A DNA stretch of 63,897 bases, filler included, from Vicugna vicugna (GCA_013265495.1; 77 parts of 76 records of this genome joined end to end with filler, not necessarily neighbours in it), one strand, 5' to 3'. Shown: positions 37,722-51,027, counted from the whole stretch's first letter. The notes: generated by a model not told the origin, from the letters alone. Program-made: numbers and translations.

Positions 37722-38340
37722 CTCCAGAACACACATGCAGAAGTGTTCTGGTATCCTGAATGTGGGGTGGATCTTTCAGGTGACAGAAGCGGCTGGGTTC
37801 TAATAGAATCCCTTAGCTTGTAATCCCTGAGTGTTTCCCTAGGACTGATTCTGAGAGAAACCTGTGGGTTGGTCTTTGAGGCCAAATGGTAGCGAGTGCC
37901 CCCCGATGGACTGAGGAAGTATTTAGATGAATTCTCCATAAAGGGAAACACCTGAGCACTCATTCATCTGCGTGGAGTGGGGCTTCAAACCTCCCCACCA
38001 CACAAGGTTGGGTTCCAGTATCCTGAGGGTGGGGTAGTTCCTCCAACTGACATCAGCGTCTTGGTTTNNNNNNNNNNNNNNNNNNNNNNNNNNNNNNNNN
38101 NNNNNNNNNNNNNNNNNNNNNNNNNNNNNNNNNNNNNNNNNNNNNNNNNNNNNNNNNNNNNNNNNNNNNNNNNNNNNNNNNNNNNNNNNNNNNNNNNNNN
38201 NNNNNNNNNNNNNNGAGGCTCCTGGGCAATAGCACCTGGGATCTAATTGGATCCATTAGATTGACTTCCCTGAGTATTTTCCTTGGCCGGGTTTTGAGGG
38301 AATTTATGGGTTGTGCTCTAAAACCAAGTATTTGATTTGC
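37722..38340. repeat. Sat-D (gapped)
   Basis: caggtgacagaagcggctgggttctaatagaatcccttag is shared almost exactly with 50482-50521. Confidence 0.88.
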
Positions 38341-38440
38341 NNNNNNNNNNNNNNNNNNNNNNNNNNNNNNNNNNNNNNNNNNNNTTAATTAATTAANNNN
38401 NNNNNNNNNNNNNNNNNNNNNNNNNNNNNNNNNNNNNNNN

Positions 38441-39190
38441 AACACTCTTTGAGCGAATTCTAACCAATACACATGTAGTTTACATGGTTTACATTACCAT
38501 GGAATTCCGAACTACGAGCATGTTTCATGCATCACGGATTCCTCAAACATGCATTTCTGAGTTGTGAACATGCACATGACTGATGTTTCCACAACCAAAC
38601 AAGTTACTTATGCACTCTGAAATAATAACTTTGACTTTGTAGCTTCTTCCTATCACCAGTTTCAAGAATCACACTTTTATCCCACAAACCCCTCTTGGAG
38701 CGAATACTTCCCTAGAGATTTGTAATTTGAATAGATCCCATCTACATGTTATTCCGTGTTCCGTACATGCTAGATTCATGACGGATTTGAGAAACATGCA
38801 TTCCTGAGTTGAGAGCATGTGGATTACTAATCTTTCATCCTCTATAAAAGGAATATTTTCATCTAGACACGTGTACACATTTTCACAAGCTTTCCCTAAC
38901 ACCAGGTTCGAACTCGTGCATTTTTCACAGAAAAATANNNNNNNNNNNNNNNNNNNNNNNNNNNNNNNNNNNNNNNNNNNNNNNNNNNNNNNNNNNNNCA
39001 TTCCGGGTTCCGTACATGCTACATGTATGACGGATTCGGCAATCATGCATTTCTGACTTGTGAGCATGTGGATTACACACCTTTCACCCTCGGAACAAGG
39101 CTTATATAGACTTACCAATATTTACTATGACTTCATAGGCTTTTTCTATCACCAGGTTCTAAAATCGGACTTTTGGTACCAGAAAACACT
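38441..39190 (-). repeat. Sat-C, ~one higher-order unit
   Basis: Reverse complement of Sat-C containing all three monomer types. Confidence 0.94.
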
Positions 39191-39290
39191 NNNNNNNNNN
39201 NNNNNNNNNNNNNNNNNNNNNNNNNNNNNNNNNNTTAATTAATTAANNNNNNNNNNNNNNNNNNNNNNNNNNNNNNNNNNNNNNNNNNNN

Positions 39291-39971
39291 TCCAAGAGGG
39301 TTTTTGTGGGATCAAAGTCTGATTCTTGAAACTGGCGATAGGAAGAATCTACAAAGTCAAATTTAATATTTCAGAGTGCATATGTAACTTGTTTGGTGGT
39401 TGAAACATCAGTCAAGCGCATGTTCACAACTCAGAAATGCATGTTTGAGGAATCCGTAATGCATGAAACATGATCGTAATACGGAAGTCCATGGTTATGT
39501 AAACAATGTAAATTACATGTGTATTGGTGAGAATTNNNNNNNNNNNNNNNNNNNNNNNNNNNNNNNNNNNNNNNNNNNNNNNNNNNNNNNNNNNNNNNNN
39601 NNNNNNNNNNNNNNNNNNNNNNNNNNNNNNNNNNNNNNNNNNNNNNNNNNNNNNNNNNNNNNNNNNNNNNNNNNNNNNNNNNNNNNNNNNNNNNNNNNNN
39701 NNNNNNNNNNNNNNNNNNNNNNNNNNNNNNNNNNNNNNNNNNNNNNNNNNNNNNNNNNNNNNNNNNNNNNNNNNNNNNNNNNNNNNNNNNNNNNNNNNNN
39801 NNNNNNNNNNNNNNNNNNNNNNNNNNNNNNNNNNNNNNNNNNNNNTAGGAAAGCTAAATTTGTACACGTGTCTAGATGAAAATATTCCTTTTATAGAGGA
39901 TGAAAGATTAGTAATCCACATGCTCTCAACTCAGGAATGCATGTTTGTCAAATCCGTCATACATGACATGT
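39291..39971 (+). repeat. Sat-C (gapped)
   Basis: Sat-C motifs. Confidence 0.93.
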
Positions 39972-40071
39972 NNNNNNNNNNNNNNNNNNNNNNNNNNNNN
40001 NNNNNNNNNNNNNNNTTAATTAATTAANNNNNNNNNNNNNNNNNNNNNNNNNNNNNNNNNNNNNNNNNNNN

Positions 40072-40586
40072 TTGGTGAGAAATTTTCTTCAAATATATCA
40101 CAGAATTCACCAGTAATGTCATCTTGTAAATATTTTCTGGTTTGGGAAGTTTGGATTACTGATTTACTCATACACACTTTTCCTCTATTTAACTTTCTAA
40201 TTTCTTCTTGAATCAGTATTGGAAGACATATGTTTCTGGGAATTTGTCTTTTGTTCAAGGTCATTCAAATTGTTGGCTAGTGGTAATTTCTTATGATGCT
40301 ATGCATCTCTACAACACCAGTGGTAATATCTTCTGTTTTATTTCTTATTTTATATGAGTCTTTATTTTCTTAGCCATCCTAAATGTTTGTCCACTTTATG
40401 TGAAAAACAGTCAAACTTAGGTTTTTCTTTTCATATTTTCAATTGTTTCCCTTGTTATTTCCCTTATTCTCATAGCTCAATTTTCTGCTTCTTTCTGTTT
40501 TCTCCTAGATTCTTGATGTGTAAATTAAAGTAATGTGAATTTTTGTATTTCTTTAATTATTAAATATTATTTATTTATTTATTTAT
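40072..40586 (-). mobile_element. Old LINE-1 ORF2 fragment
   Basis: agaattcaccagtaatgtcatct...gattactgattta...atttcttcttgaatcagt. Confidence 0.75.
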
Positions 40587-40686
40587 NNNNNNNNNNNNNN
40601 NNNNNNNNNNNNNNNNNNNNNNNNNNNNNNTTAATTAATTAANNNNNNNNNNNNNNNNNNNNNNNNNNNNNNNNNNNNNNNNNNNN

Positions 40687-41101
40687 CGCATGACTGATGT
40701 TACAACCACCAAACATGTACCTATGCACTTTAAAATATATACTTTGAATTGGTTGCTTCTTCCTATCACCAGTGTCAAGAATCACACTTTGATCCCAGAA
40801 AAACCCTCTTGGAGCAAATNNNNNNNNNNNNNNNNNNNNNNNNNNNNNNNNNNNNNNNNNNNNNNNNNNNNNNNNNNNNNNNNNNNNNNNNNNNATACAT
40901 GACTGATTTGACAAACATGCATTCCTGAGTTGAGAGCATCTGGATTACTAATCTTTCATCCTCTATAAAAGGAATATTTTCATGTAGAGACGTGTACACA
41001 TTTTCACAAGCTTTCCCTACACCAGTTTCGAATTGTTGCTTTTTTCACAGAAAAACTATTGTGGGGCGATTTCCACCTAACAGATATGCAATTTACATGA
41101 A
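40687..41101 (-). repeat. Sat-C (gapped)
   Basis: Reverse-complement Sat-C motifs. Confidence 0.93.
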
Positions 41102-41272
41102 NNNNNNNNNNNNNNNNNNNNNNNNNNNNNNNNNNNNNNNNNNNNTTAATTAATTAANNNNNNNNNNNNNNNNNNNNNNNNNNNNNNNNNNNNNNNNNNN
41201 NCGACTGCTTCCTCCAACAGCGTCCCCTGCAGCTGCTCACCCCCGAGCCGGCCACTTTCTCACCAGTGACTG

Positions 41273-41326
41273 CCGCCCAGGAAGTGACGTCACGCACGTC
41301 ACACAGCGACAGCCAGGAAACACGTG
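41273..41326. promoter_or_regulatory. Candidate proximal-promoter motif cluster (GC box, overlapping ETS-CRE, E-box)
   Basis: CCGCCC-AGGAAGTGACGTCAC-GCACGTCA ... CACGTG within a locally CpG-rich patch. Confidence 0.5.
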
Positions 41327-41832
41327 CTGATCATGTTTGTGTAAAAGCAGGAATCGAGCAAGATGCTGCAGACTTTGACTTTCCAGGTTTAAATTCTCCA
41401 TGAAAAGAATCCCTCAGCAGTCGCCTAAATCAATTCGCATCTCACTTCTTCAAAACAATCAAACAAATTTAATAAGGGCGCATTTGTCACCAAATATAAG
41501 GAGGACCAAACATGTCCCTCAAAGCAAGGATTTTAACAGGTATCAAACACCAGTGGGTGATGTGCTAACAAAGCAAATATTCCAAAAAATTAGAAAATAA
41601 AAAGATGACTAGGATAATACATGGACCAAGGCAGCTGTTAAGTTTTTGCTTTTTAAAGCAATGGAGACAGCACGGAGGGAGATCTGACTATTCCCAATGC
41701 AGGGTGTGCACAGCCCACATTTTCAGAAGCAANNNNNNNNNNNNNNNNNNNNNNNNNNNNNNNNNNNNNNNNNNNNTTAATTAATTAANNNNNNNNNNNN
41801 NNNNNNNNNNNNNNNNNNNNNNNNNNNNNNNN

Positions 41833-42944
41833 CTGGCACAGAGACATTAGGAAAACCCTCAGGGTAGACGACCTTAGTCATTCCGTTAAAACCCACGCGC
41901 TGCAGACCGTTGGAACCTCCACACGATCAGGATTCCCGAACCATTGTCAGTGCGTGGGGGAGCTCGAGAGACAACTCCACGAAGCTCTCTTCAGTCACAG
42001 GTGTTCCCTGTTCGCGGAAGTCCGAGAAATACCTTCCCTGACCTTGTGTAGGCAGCCTNNNNNNNNNNNNNNNNNNNNNNNNNNNNNNNNNNNNNNNNNN
42101 NNNNNNNNNNNNNNNNNNNNNNNNNNNNNNNNNNNNNNNNNNNNNNNNNNNNNNNNNNNNNNNNNNNNNNNNNNNNNNNNNNNNNNNNNNNNNNNNNNNN
42201 NNNNNNNNNNNNNNNNNNNNNNNNNNNNNNNNNNNNNNNNNNNNNNNNNNNNNNNNNNNNNNNNNNNNNNNNNNNNNNNNNNNNNNNNNNNNNNNNNNNN
42301 NNNNNNNNNNNNNNNNNNNNNNNNNNNNNNNNNNNNNNNNNNNNNNNNNNNNNNNNNNNNNNNNNNNNNNNNNNNNNNNNNNNNNNNNNNNNNNNNNNNN
42401 NNNNNNNNNNNNNNNNNNNNNNNNNNNNNNNNNNNNNNNNNNNNNNNNNNNNNNNNNNNNNNNNNNNNNNNNNNNNNNNNNNNNNNNNNNNNNNNNNNNN
42501 NNNNNNNNNNNNNNNNNNNNNNNNGTGTTCCCTTTTCGCGGAAGTCCGAGAAATAGCTTCCCTGACGTTGGGGAGGCAGCCTCTGACACTGGGATATCCT
42601 GCAATCACCCCTAGCATTCCCTGGCACAGAGATGTTAGAAAAACCCTCAGGGGAGACGAGCTTCGGCATTCCGTTAGAACCCACGCGCTGCCGAACGTTG
42701 GTGGAATCTCCCCACGCTCAGGATTCCGGAACCATTGTCAGTGCGTGGGGGAGCTCGAGAGACATCTCCACTCAGCTCTCTTCAGTCACAGTGTTCCCTG
42801 TTCGGGGAAGTCCGAGAAATACCTTCCCTGACATTGGGGAGGCAGCCTCTGACACTGGGATATCGTATGATCACCCCTAGCATTCCCTGGCACAGAGATG
42901 TTAGAAAAACCCTCAGGGGAGACGAGCTTAGGCATTCCGTTAGA
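41833..42944 (+). repeat. Sat-A (gapped)
   Basis: Tandem Sat-A monomers. Confidence 0.95.
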
Positions 42945-43044
42945 NNNNNNNNNNNNNNNNNNNNNNNNNNNNNNNNNNNNNNNNNNNNTTAATTAATTAA
43001 NNNNNNNNNNNNNNNNNNNNNNNNNNNNNNNNNNNNNNNNNNNN

Positions 43045-43602
43045 AAAACTACGATGAGGTATCACCTCACAGCAGTCAGAATGGCCATCATTCAAAACTC
43101 CACAAATGGAAAATGCTGGAGAGGCTGTGGAGAAAGGGGAACCCTCCTACACTGCTGGTGGGAATGCAGTTTGGTGCAGAAATTATGGAAAACAGTATGG
43201 AGATGCCTCAAAAGACTAAAAATAGGCCTATCATATGACCCAGCAATCCCACTCCTGGGCATTTATCCAGAGGGAGCCTTAATTCAGAAAGCACTACTAA
43301 CAACAGCCAAGACATGGAAACAGCCTAAATGTCCATCAAGAGGTGACTGGATAAAGAAGAGGTGATATATTTATACAATGGAATACTACTCTGCCATGAA
43401 AAAGAATAAATAATGCCATTTGCAGCAACACGGATGGACCTGGAGATCGTCTTTCTAAGTGAAGTAAGCCAGAAAGAGGAAGAAAAATACCATAAAATAT
43501 CACTCATATGTGGAATCTAAAAAAAAAACATATGTGGAATCTAAAAAAAAAAATAAGACAAACTTAATTTACTTTACAAAGCAGAAACAGACTCACAGAC
43601 AT
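43045..43602 (+). mobile_element. LINE-1 ORF2 C-terminus and 3'UTR start
   Basis: Translation [13 protein letters not shown]...[18 protein letters not shown] (ORF2 cysteine-rich domain), disrupted. Confidence 0.93.
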
Positions 43603-43810
43603 ATTTAGAATTCAAGAGGAAAGAATCTTTACTTCTGGTCCCAGAGAACCAAACAGGAGGCTACAAGGAAATTTCCAGTAGAAGAAATATTCAGTTCCAC
43701 AAGATCACAGNNNNNNNNNNNNNNNNNNNNNNNNNNNNNNNNNNNNNNNNNNNNTTAATTAATTAANNNNNNNNNNNNNNNNNNNNNNNNNNNNNNNNNN
43801 NNNNNNNNNN

Positions 43811-44645
43811 TACAATTTTACATCACGGACTAGGAAACCATTTGATTCCAAATCGCATTTGGGTTAGGTCACGGTATGCTCTTATGAATCAATATTTACA
43901 AATATGAATGCACGCCTCTGATTTCCGAATACAAGTGCGCTGAGTACATGCAAGCCGCGATACTAAGTCGATGGGTGCTGAATGATCCTTGACATCACCT
44001 TGGGTATTTTCTTTTGAATATTCATGGTTCCCTTGGTAAATTTCAGCCATCCGTACCCTTTTGGTGCTTGTTGGTTGGTTTGATTCTTTGTTGGTCTGCT
44101 TCTCGCTAGTTTTGCAAACACGTGAGTCTATGCATCTTTCCTTTCGCTTCAAACAGAGAGTCAAATAAACTGATTCAGTTAAGAGAGTGCTTCCAATCAC
44201 CTATGATTTCCTGCTTCCCTCTCCCATTTTTAGGGTTTTGATGACCACCTTGCCTTCTTCTTGTTTCTACTTTGCCACTCATGCTCTTCTTGCATTTCCA
44301 ATAATGGTTTCTTCTTTCCATTTCATCTTGCTGCTTTTGTATTCAGGGGAGTATTCTCAAGCTTTCTTTTAGAAGAAGATTTCAAATGCTGAATTCTTTT
44401 AAGATTTGCCGGTCTGTGGAATTCTCTAGCTCTGCCGTTATTAGAAATGGTGTTCTTGTGGCATAGGCTACCCTAGGTTGCAGCATTTGGCCATTCAGGA
44501 TATGGTCTGTGTCCTGGCACTCATGGCACTCCTCCCTGTCCTGCAATATTGCTGCCGAGATATCAGATGTAACCCCTCTGGAGGTTCCCTTGTGGCTATG
44601 TGTTTCCTCCAGGTGCATTGTAAATCACTGGGATATTCGTGAACT
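43811..44645 (-). mobile_element. Diverged LINE-1 ORF1 end / inter-ORF remnant
   Basis: Minus-strand peptide TSDISAAILQDREE...QMLQPRVAYATR...TDRQILKEF resembles the ORF1p C-terminal domain. Confidence 0.75.
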
Positions 44646-45619
44646 NNNNNNNNNNNNNNNNNNNNNNNNNNNNNNNNNNNNNNNNNNNNTTAATTAATTA
44701 ANNNNNNNNNNNNNNNNNNNNNNNNNNNNNNNNNNNNNNNNNNNNCCTTTAACCAAGTAATTATTTCAAAAAAGTGGGCAGGTTTCCATATGGCCATTAC
44801 TTCTTTTATATTCTTGTTTTTTAATATCTCTCTTCCATCTCTTTATCTCCAGGTGTCTTATTTCTATGTCCTTTGGTTTGGGCTGATGGCTAACCAGCAT
44901 TAGTGTAGAAATAGTTGCTTGGTATTACTGATCTATATTCTTTCCATGGGTATTTGATTTATCATTGGATTTTAGGGAAGATAGTTTCTTTAAAAAAATT
45001 CTGGTAAGTAACTTGTGGGGGATTCTGTTTCTCTTGGTCTAGAATTATAATGCTTAATTTCTTAATAAGTGATACTTTCATAAAGCTCAAAATTCCAAAG
45101 GTTTTAGTGTCACCACTGTCCCTAAGCCTTTCGAACTTTTCTTTGGGGGCACTTAGAACTGAGTGTGTGTGTCCTTCTGGACTTAGTTTAGCCTGAAACG
45201 AGCAATGGCAAGTACCCCCCATTTTACACAAACAACAGACGACTTTCACAAATTGATACCTTTAAAAATATATGAACTGTAATGTTGTAGAATTTTACAA
45301 GAGGCAGTGACCTTCAGGGATGTCAGCAATGGAGGCAGAACAGTTGGAGGGACAGCAGGTGCTCGTGCTCAGGCTGAAGTCACACAACATCCATGGCCAC
45401 CTCTGGTTAACCTTATATAGTTGGTGCTGTCTGCTGGCCTTCAAGACTGTGCTCCCCTCCCCACCAAACATATATATTAGGAAAAGTGNNNNNNNNNNNN
45501 NNNNNNNNNNNNNNNNNNNNNNNNNNNNNNNNTTAATTAATTAANNNNNNNNNNNNNNNNNNNNNNNNNNNNNNNNNNNNNNNNNNNNCACAGGTGTTCC
45601 AGCCTGAGTCTACGCTCTT

Positions 45620-45794
45620 GGCCTCTTCTCTTTTTCTTTTTTTTTTTTGTGGTGGGGAGATAATAAGGTAATTCTGGTGGGTGGTGGGGAGGTAATTAGG
45701 GTTATTTGTCTATTTTAGAGGACGTGATGGGGGCTGAACCCAGGACCTTATACTTGCTAAGCATGCGCCCCATCACTTGAGCTGTACCCTCCCC
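45620..45794 (-). mobile_element. tRNA-derived camelid SINE (Vic-1-like) with target-site duplication
   Basis: The minus strand begins ggggagggtacagctcaagtg (A box), then cctgggttcagcccc (B box), cctaattacctcccc and an A-rich tail. It is flanked by gagtctacgctctt (45606-45619) and gagtctatgctctt (45799-45812). Confidence 0.88.
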
Positions 45795-47157
45795 TCTAGA
45801 GTCTATGCTCTTAGCTGCTAATCCTCACTGTCCCACATGGTAACTCTGGNNNNNNNNNNNNNNNNNNNNNNNNNNNNNNNNNNNNNNNNNNNNNNNNNNN
45901 NNNNNNNNNNNNNNNNNNNNNNNNNNNNNNNNNNNNNNNNNNNNNNNNNNNNNNNNNNNNNNNNNNNNNNNNNNNNNNNNNNNNNNNNNNNNNNNNNNNN
46001 NNNNNNNNNNNNNNNNNNNNNNNNNNNNNNNNNNNNNNNNNNNNNNNNNNNNNNNNNNNNNNNNNNNNNNNNNNNNNNNNNNNNNNNNNNNNNNNNNNNN
46101 NNNNNNNNNNNNNNNNNNNNNNNNNNNNNNNNNNNNNNNNNNNNNNNNNNNNNNNNNNNNNNNNNNNNNNNNNNNNNNNNNNNNNNNNNNNNNNNNNNNN
46201 NNNNNNNNNNNNNNNNNNNNNNNNNNNNNNNNNNNNNNNNNNNNNNNNNNNNNNNNNNNNNNNNNNNNNNNNNNNNNNNNNNNNNNNNNNNNNNNNNNNN
46301 NNNNNNNNNNNNNNNNNNNNNNNNNNNNNNNNNNNNNNNNNNNNNNNNNNNNNNNNNNNNNNNNNNNNNNNNNNNNNNNNNNNNNNNNNNNNNNNNNNNN
46401 NNNNNNNNNNNNNNNNNNNNNNNNNNNNNNNNNNNNNNNNNNNNNNNNNNNNNNNNNNNNNNNNNNNNNNNNNNNNNNNNNNNNNNNNNNNNNNNNNNNN
46501 NNNNNNNNNNNNNNNNNNNNNNNNNNNNNNNNNNNNNNNNNNNNNNNNNNNNNNNNNNNNNNNNNNNNNNNNNNNNNNNNNNNNNNNNNNNNNNNNNNNN
46601 NNNNNNNNNNNNNNNNNNNNNNNNNNNNNNNNNNNNNNNNNNNNNNNNNNNNNNNNNNNNNTCAGTGTATGTACAGAGCACCTCCAACAGGGTGTGTACT
46701 TTTCAAATACAAACTTGTCATCCAAAACCTATATTGGGAGAATGAAAACACAAACCAGGAAACTATTTTCACATTTTAGTATTCAGATTTTTCTTATGTT
46801 GCTGGTAGTTAAAGCACTTGTGCAAACACACACACATATGACACTGGTAAAAGTGAAGATATAATAAAAATAGATTTACAAACCATCATACATTTTTGTC
46901 TTAAAGATAATTTGTTTGTTGAAATTACTGAAAAGTTATTTAAAATCCTTACAGTTCATTCATAAAATAACCAATATTTTAGATGAAGAAATGCAAACTT
47001 GTTAGTTTTTACTCCAAATTAATAACTAAAAATAGAAACACCAAAATATTCTTTGCANNNNNNNNNNNNNNNNNNNNNNNNNNNNNNNNNNNNNNNNNNN
47101 NTTAATTAATTAANNNNNNNNNNNNNNNNNNNNNNNNNNNNNNNNNNNNNNNNNNNN

Positions 47158-47624
47158 GATACTTGGATTTAGAGCCCAAATCCCACTTTGAACCGCACTC
47201 CGACTTATGCAATCGATCAAGGAACAGAAGTTTAAGGATCCTACTAGAACACTGGCGCTGCTGACAGTTCGAGGTGACTCCCCACACTCAGGATAGCTGA
47301 ACAAGACTTTGTGTGTGTGCTGGTGTTGGGGCTACATAGTCGACGCAAATTTATGGGGACACAGGTGTTCCCAGGGAGGGAATCTACTTTAAACACCTCC
47401 ACTGCCCAGAGAGAGGCACTCGCAATTACTTGGCTTTAGAGNNNNNNNNNNNNNNNNNNNNNNNNNNNNNNNNNNNNNNNNNNNNNNNNNNNNNNNNNNN
47501 NNNNNNNNNNNNNNNNNNNNNNNNNNNNNNNNNNNNNNNNNNNNNNNNNNNNNNNNNNNNNNNNNNNNNNNNNTACTCCTTTGCACGTGTGCTGGAGGTG
47601 TGGAAACAGAGTCCACGCATTTTT
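47158..47624. repeat. Sat-D (opposite orientation to 13102-13995)
   Basis: Reverse-complement Sat-D landmarks (tacttggatttagagccc, ccccacactcaggata, acaggtgttcc). Confidence 0.85.
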
Positions 47625-47724
47625 NNNNNNNNNNNNNNNNNNNNNNNNNNNNNNNNNNNNNNNNNNNNTTAATTAATTAANNNNNNNNNNNNNNNNNNNN
47701 NNNNNNNNNNNNNNNNNNNNNNNN

Positions 47725-48552
47725 AAACCATGAAGGCAAAATGGAGACTTTTTCAGACACACAAGAACCAAAAGAATTCATCATCAACAGATCTGTGGGA
47801 CATTTTAAAGCAGGTCCTTCAGGCAGAAGGAGGATGACACCAGAGAGAAGCTTGGATCCACTCAGAGAAATAAAAAGCACCAGAAATCATAAGTATGTGG
47901 GTAAACCCAAAATACTCTTTCTTATTATAATGTAGCTTTAAAATAGAATTTAATGTTTATAATGGAAATAATATTATATTGGGGGTTATAACATATGTAC
48001 AAATAAAATCTATGATGACGTGAACGGCAAACATATAAGATGGGAGAAGACAAAGTATATACTGTTTGCTAAGATTCTTACACTGTATGTGAGATTATAC
48101 AATACCAGCTGAACACAGACAATGAATGATAAGGATCCATTAAAATAATAAAACAATCACAGCTAATAAGAGAGAAAGAAAGAGATTTAAGTGGAATAAC
48201 AAAAATATTTAATTAACTGAAAATAGGCAGAAAAAGAGGAAAGAGAAAACAAAGAACAGATGGACAGATGAGACAAACAGAAAACAGCACCATGGTAAAT
48301 TAAAATCCAGCCACATCAATAATCACATTAATTGTAAATGGTTTGAACAGCTCAACTGAGAGGAAGAGATTTGGAAACTGGATTAAAAGGCAAGATCCAA
48401 TTGTATGTTGCTTACAAGAAATCCTTTAAATAAAAGGATGCAAATAACGTTAACAGTAAAATGATGGACAGCGATATAACAAGAGAATTAGATTCCCTGT
48501 ATAAAGAAGACGGCAGAGTCAAATGTCTTACCTGGGGAAAAGAGAATCTTTT
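47725..48552 (+). mobile_element. Old L1M ORF1 end, inter-ORF region and ORF2 start
   Basis: gaaggcaaaatggagactttttcagac... and the endonuclease start atcaataatcacattaattgtaaatgg...tgcttacaagaa. Confidence 0.8.
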
Positions 48553-48652
48553 NNNNNNNNNNNNNNNNNNNNNNNNNNNNNNNNNNNNNNNNNNNNTTAA
48601 TTAATTAANNNNNNNNNNNNNNNNNNNNNNNNNNNNNNNNNNNNNNNNNNNN

Positions 48653-49837
48653 CTCGGTTTTACAGTGCAAACCGCAGGAACTTCAAGCCGGCACTAGAAA
48701 ACAGATTGAGAAACCAGAGTAATTGTTTCACCTGTATCCCGTACCCTTTGTGCTGGATGAACCAACGTCTCCACACATACTCAGTTCTGAGAGATAAGTG
48801 TGAGTTAAAGCCGTCCTTCACCTAACATGAAGGGAACACAAAGTTTCTATTCAGTTGCAAACTCCAGTCCTTACATATATATGTGGAGGAACTAACTTCA
48901 ACTCGGATTTACAGTGCAAACCGNNNNNNNNNNNNNNNNNNNNNNNNNNNNNNNNNNNNNNNNNNNNNNNNNNNNNNNNNNNNNNNNNNNNNNNNNNNNN
49001 NNNNNNNNNNNNNNNNNNNNNNNNNNNNNNNNNNNNNNNNNNNNNNNNNNNNNNNNNNNNNNNNNNNNNNNNNNNNNNNNNNNNNNNNNNNNNNNNNNNN
49101 NNNNNNNNNNNNNNNNNNNNNNNNNNNNNNNNNNNNNNNNNNNNNNNNNNNNNNNNNNNNNNNNNNNNNNNNNNNNNNNNNNNNNNNNNNNNNNNNNNNN
49201 NNNNNNNNNNNNNNNNNNNNNNNNNNNNNNNNNNNNNNNNNNNNNNNNNNNNNNNNNNNNNNNNNNNNNNNNNNNNNNNNNNNNNNNNNNNNNNNNNNNN
49301 NNNNNNNNNNNNNNNNNNNNNNNNNNNNNNNNNNNNNNNNNNNNNNNNNNNNNNNNNNNNNNNNNNNNNNNNNNNNNNNNNNNNNNNNNNNNNNNNNNNN
49401 NNNNNNNNNNNNNNNNNNNNNNNNNNNNNNNNNNNNNNNNNNNNNNNNNNNNNNNNNNNNNNNNNNNNNNNNNNNNNNNNNNNNNNNNNNNNNNNNNNNN
49501 NNNNNNNNNNNNNNNNNNNNNNNNNNNNNNNNNNNNNNNNNNNNNNNNNNNNNNNNNNNNNNNNNNNNNNGAACACAAAGTTTCTTTTCAGTTACAAAAC
49601 CCAAACCATACATATATATGGCGAGGTACAAGCTCCAACTCGGTTTTACAGTGCAAACCGCAGGAACTTCATCCGGCACTAGGAAACAGACTGAGAAACC
49701 AGAGTAAGTGTTTCTCCTGCAACCCGTTCGCTTTGTGCTGGATGAATGAAAGTCTCTCCACATGCTCAGATCTGAGAGATATATGTGCTTTTAAGCCGTC
49801 CTTCACATACCTTGAAGGGAACACAAAGTTTCTTTTA
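48653..49837 (+). repeat. Sat-B (gapped)
   Basis: ctcgg.tttacagtgcaaaccg at 48653 and 48902 (249 bp). Confidence 0.95.
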
Positions 49838-49937
49838 NNNNNNNNNNNNNNNNNNNNNNNNNNNNNNNNNNNNNNNNNNNNTTAATTAATTAANNNNNNN
49901 NNNNNNNNNNNNNNNNNNNNNNNNNNNNNNNNNNNNN

Positions 49938-50613
49938 TGTTCTGGAATTCTGAGTGCAGGGAAGTTCCTCCAACTGAGAGCATCGCCTGGGTTCTAATTG
50001 AATAAATTTGCTTGTCTTCCCTGAGGGAAAGCCTAGGCGGGAGTGCGGGGAACAGTGTGGTTTGGGCTCCGAAACCAAGTATTTACGATGACTTCTCTAT
50101 GGTATGTGGAGTTGTTTAAAGTACATCCCTTACCTGGGAACACCTGTGCCCCCATAAAGATCCGTGGAGTCTGTTTCCACACCTCCAGCACACACACGAA
50201 CACTTGCACAGTTATCCTGAGAGTGGGCAGCCTCCTCCAACTGAGAGCAGGGCCTTGGTTCTTATAAAATCGCTTAACTTGTCTACCCTGTTTGGTTGCC
50301 TGATACGGAGTGCTGTGGAAAGTGTGGGTTGGGCTCTAAATCCAAGTATTAGCGAGTGCTTCTCGATGGGATTTGGGGGTTATTAACCAATACCCCACAA
50401 ATTGGGAATACCTGTGCTCCTTGAAAAAAGGATGGACTCTCTATCCCCACCACCAGAACACACATGAAGAAGTTTTCTATTCAGGTGACAGAAGCGGCTG
50501 GGTTCTAATAGAATCCCTTAGCATGTAATCCCTGAATGTTTCCCTAGGACTGACTCTGAGAGAAAACTGGGGGTGGGCTTTGAGGCCAAATAGTAGCGAG
50601 TGTCCCCGATGGA
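49938..50613. repeat. Sat-D
   Basis: tgttctggaattctgagtgcagggaagttcctccaactga is shared with 13805-13844. Confidence 0.88.
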
Positions 50614-50813
50614 NNNNNNNNNNNNNNNNNNNNNNNNNNNNNNNNNNNNNNNNNNNNTTAATTAATTAANNNNNNNNNNNNNNNNNNNNNNNNNNNNNNN
50701 NNNNNNNNNNNNNAACTTAAAGGGCTCTAAAAAATGAATAAGTCTTCAAAATGTGAGAAGTAGTCTATAAACTTTAAAGGAAAACTTAAATTCTTGGTGA
50801 CTTCTTTCACATA

Positions 50814-51027
50814 CAGCTGACCCTTGAACAACACGTGTTTGAGCTGTGTGAGTCCACTTACAGTCAGGTTTTATTCACTCCATGCATACCCCAGTACTGC
50901 CCACCTGGTTGGCTGAGCCCAAGTGTGCGGACCTGCGGGTACTGAGGACTGACTATAAATTAAATACAGATTTTGGACTGTGCAGAGGGCTGTACTCCTA
51001 AGCCCTGTGTTGTTCAAGGGACACCAG
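50814..51027. mobile_element. Tc1/mariner Tigger2-type MITE, complete, with TIRs and TA target duplication
   Basis: TA|cagctgacccttgaacaacac ... gtgttgttcaagggacaccag|TA. Confidence 0.88.
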
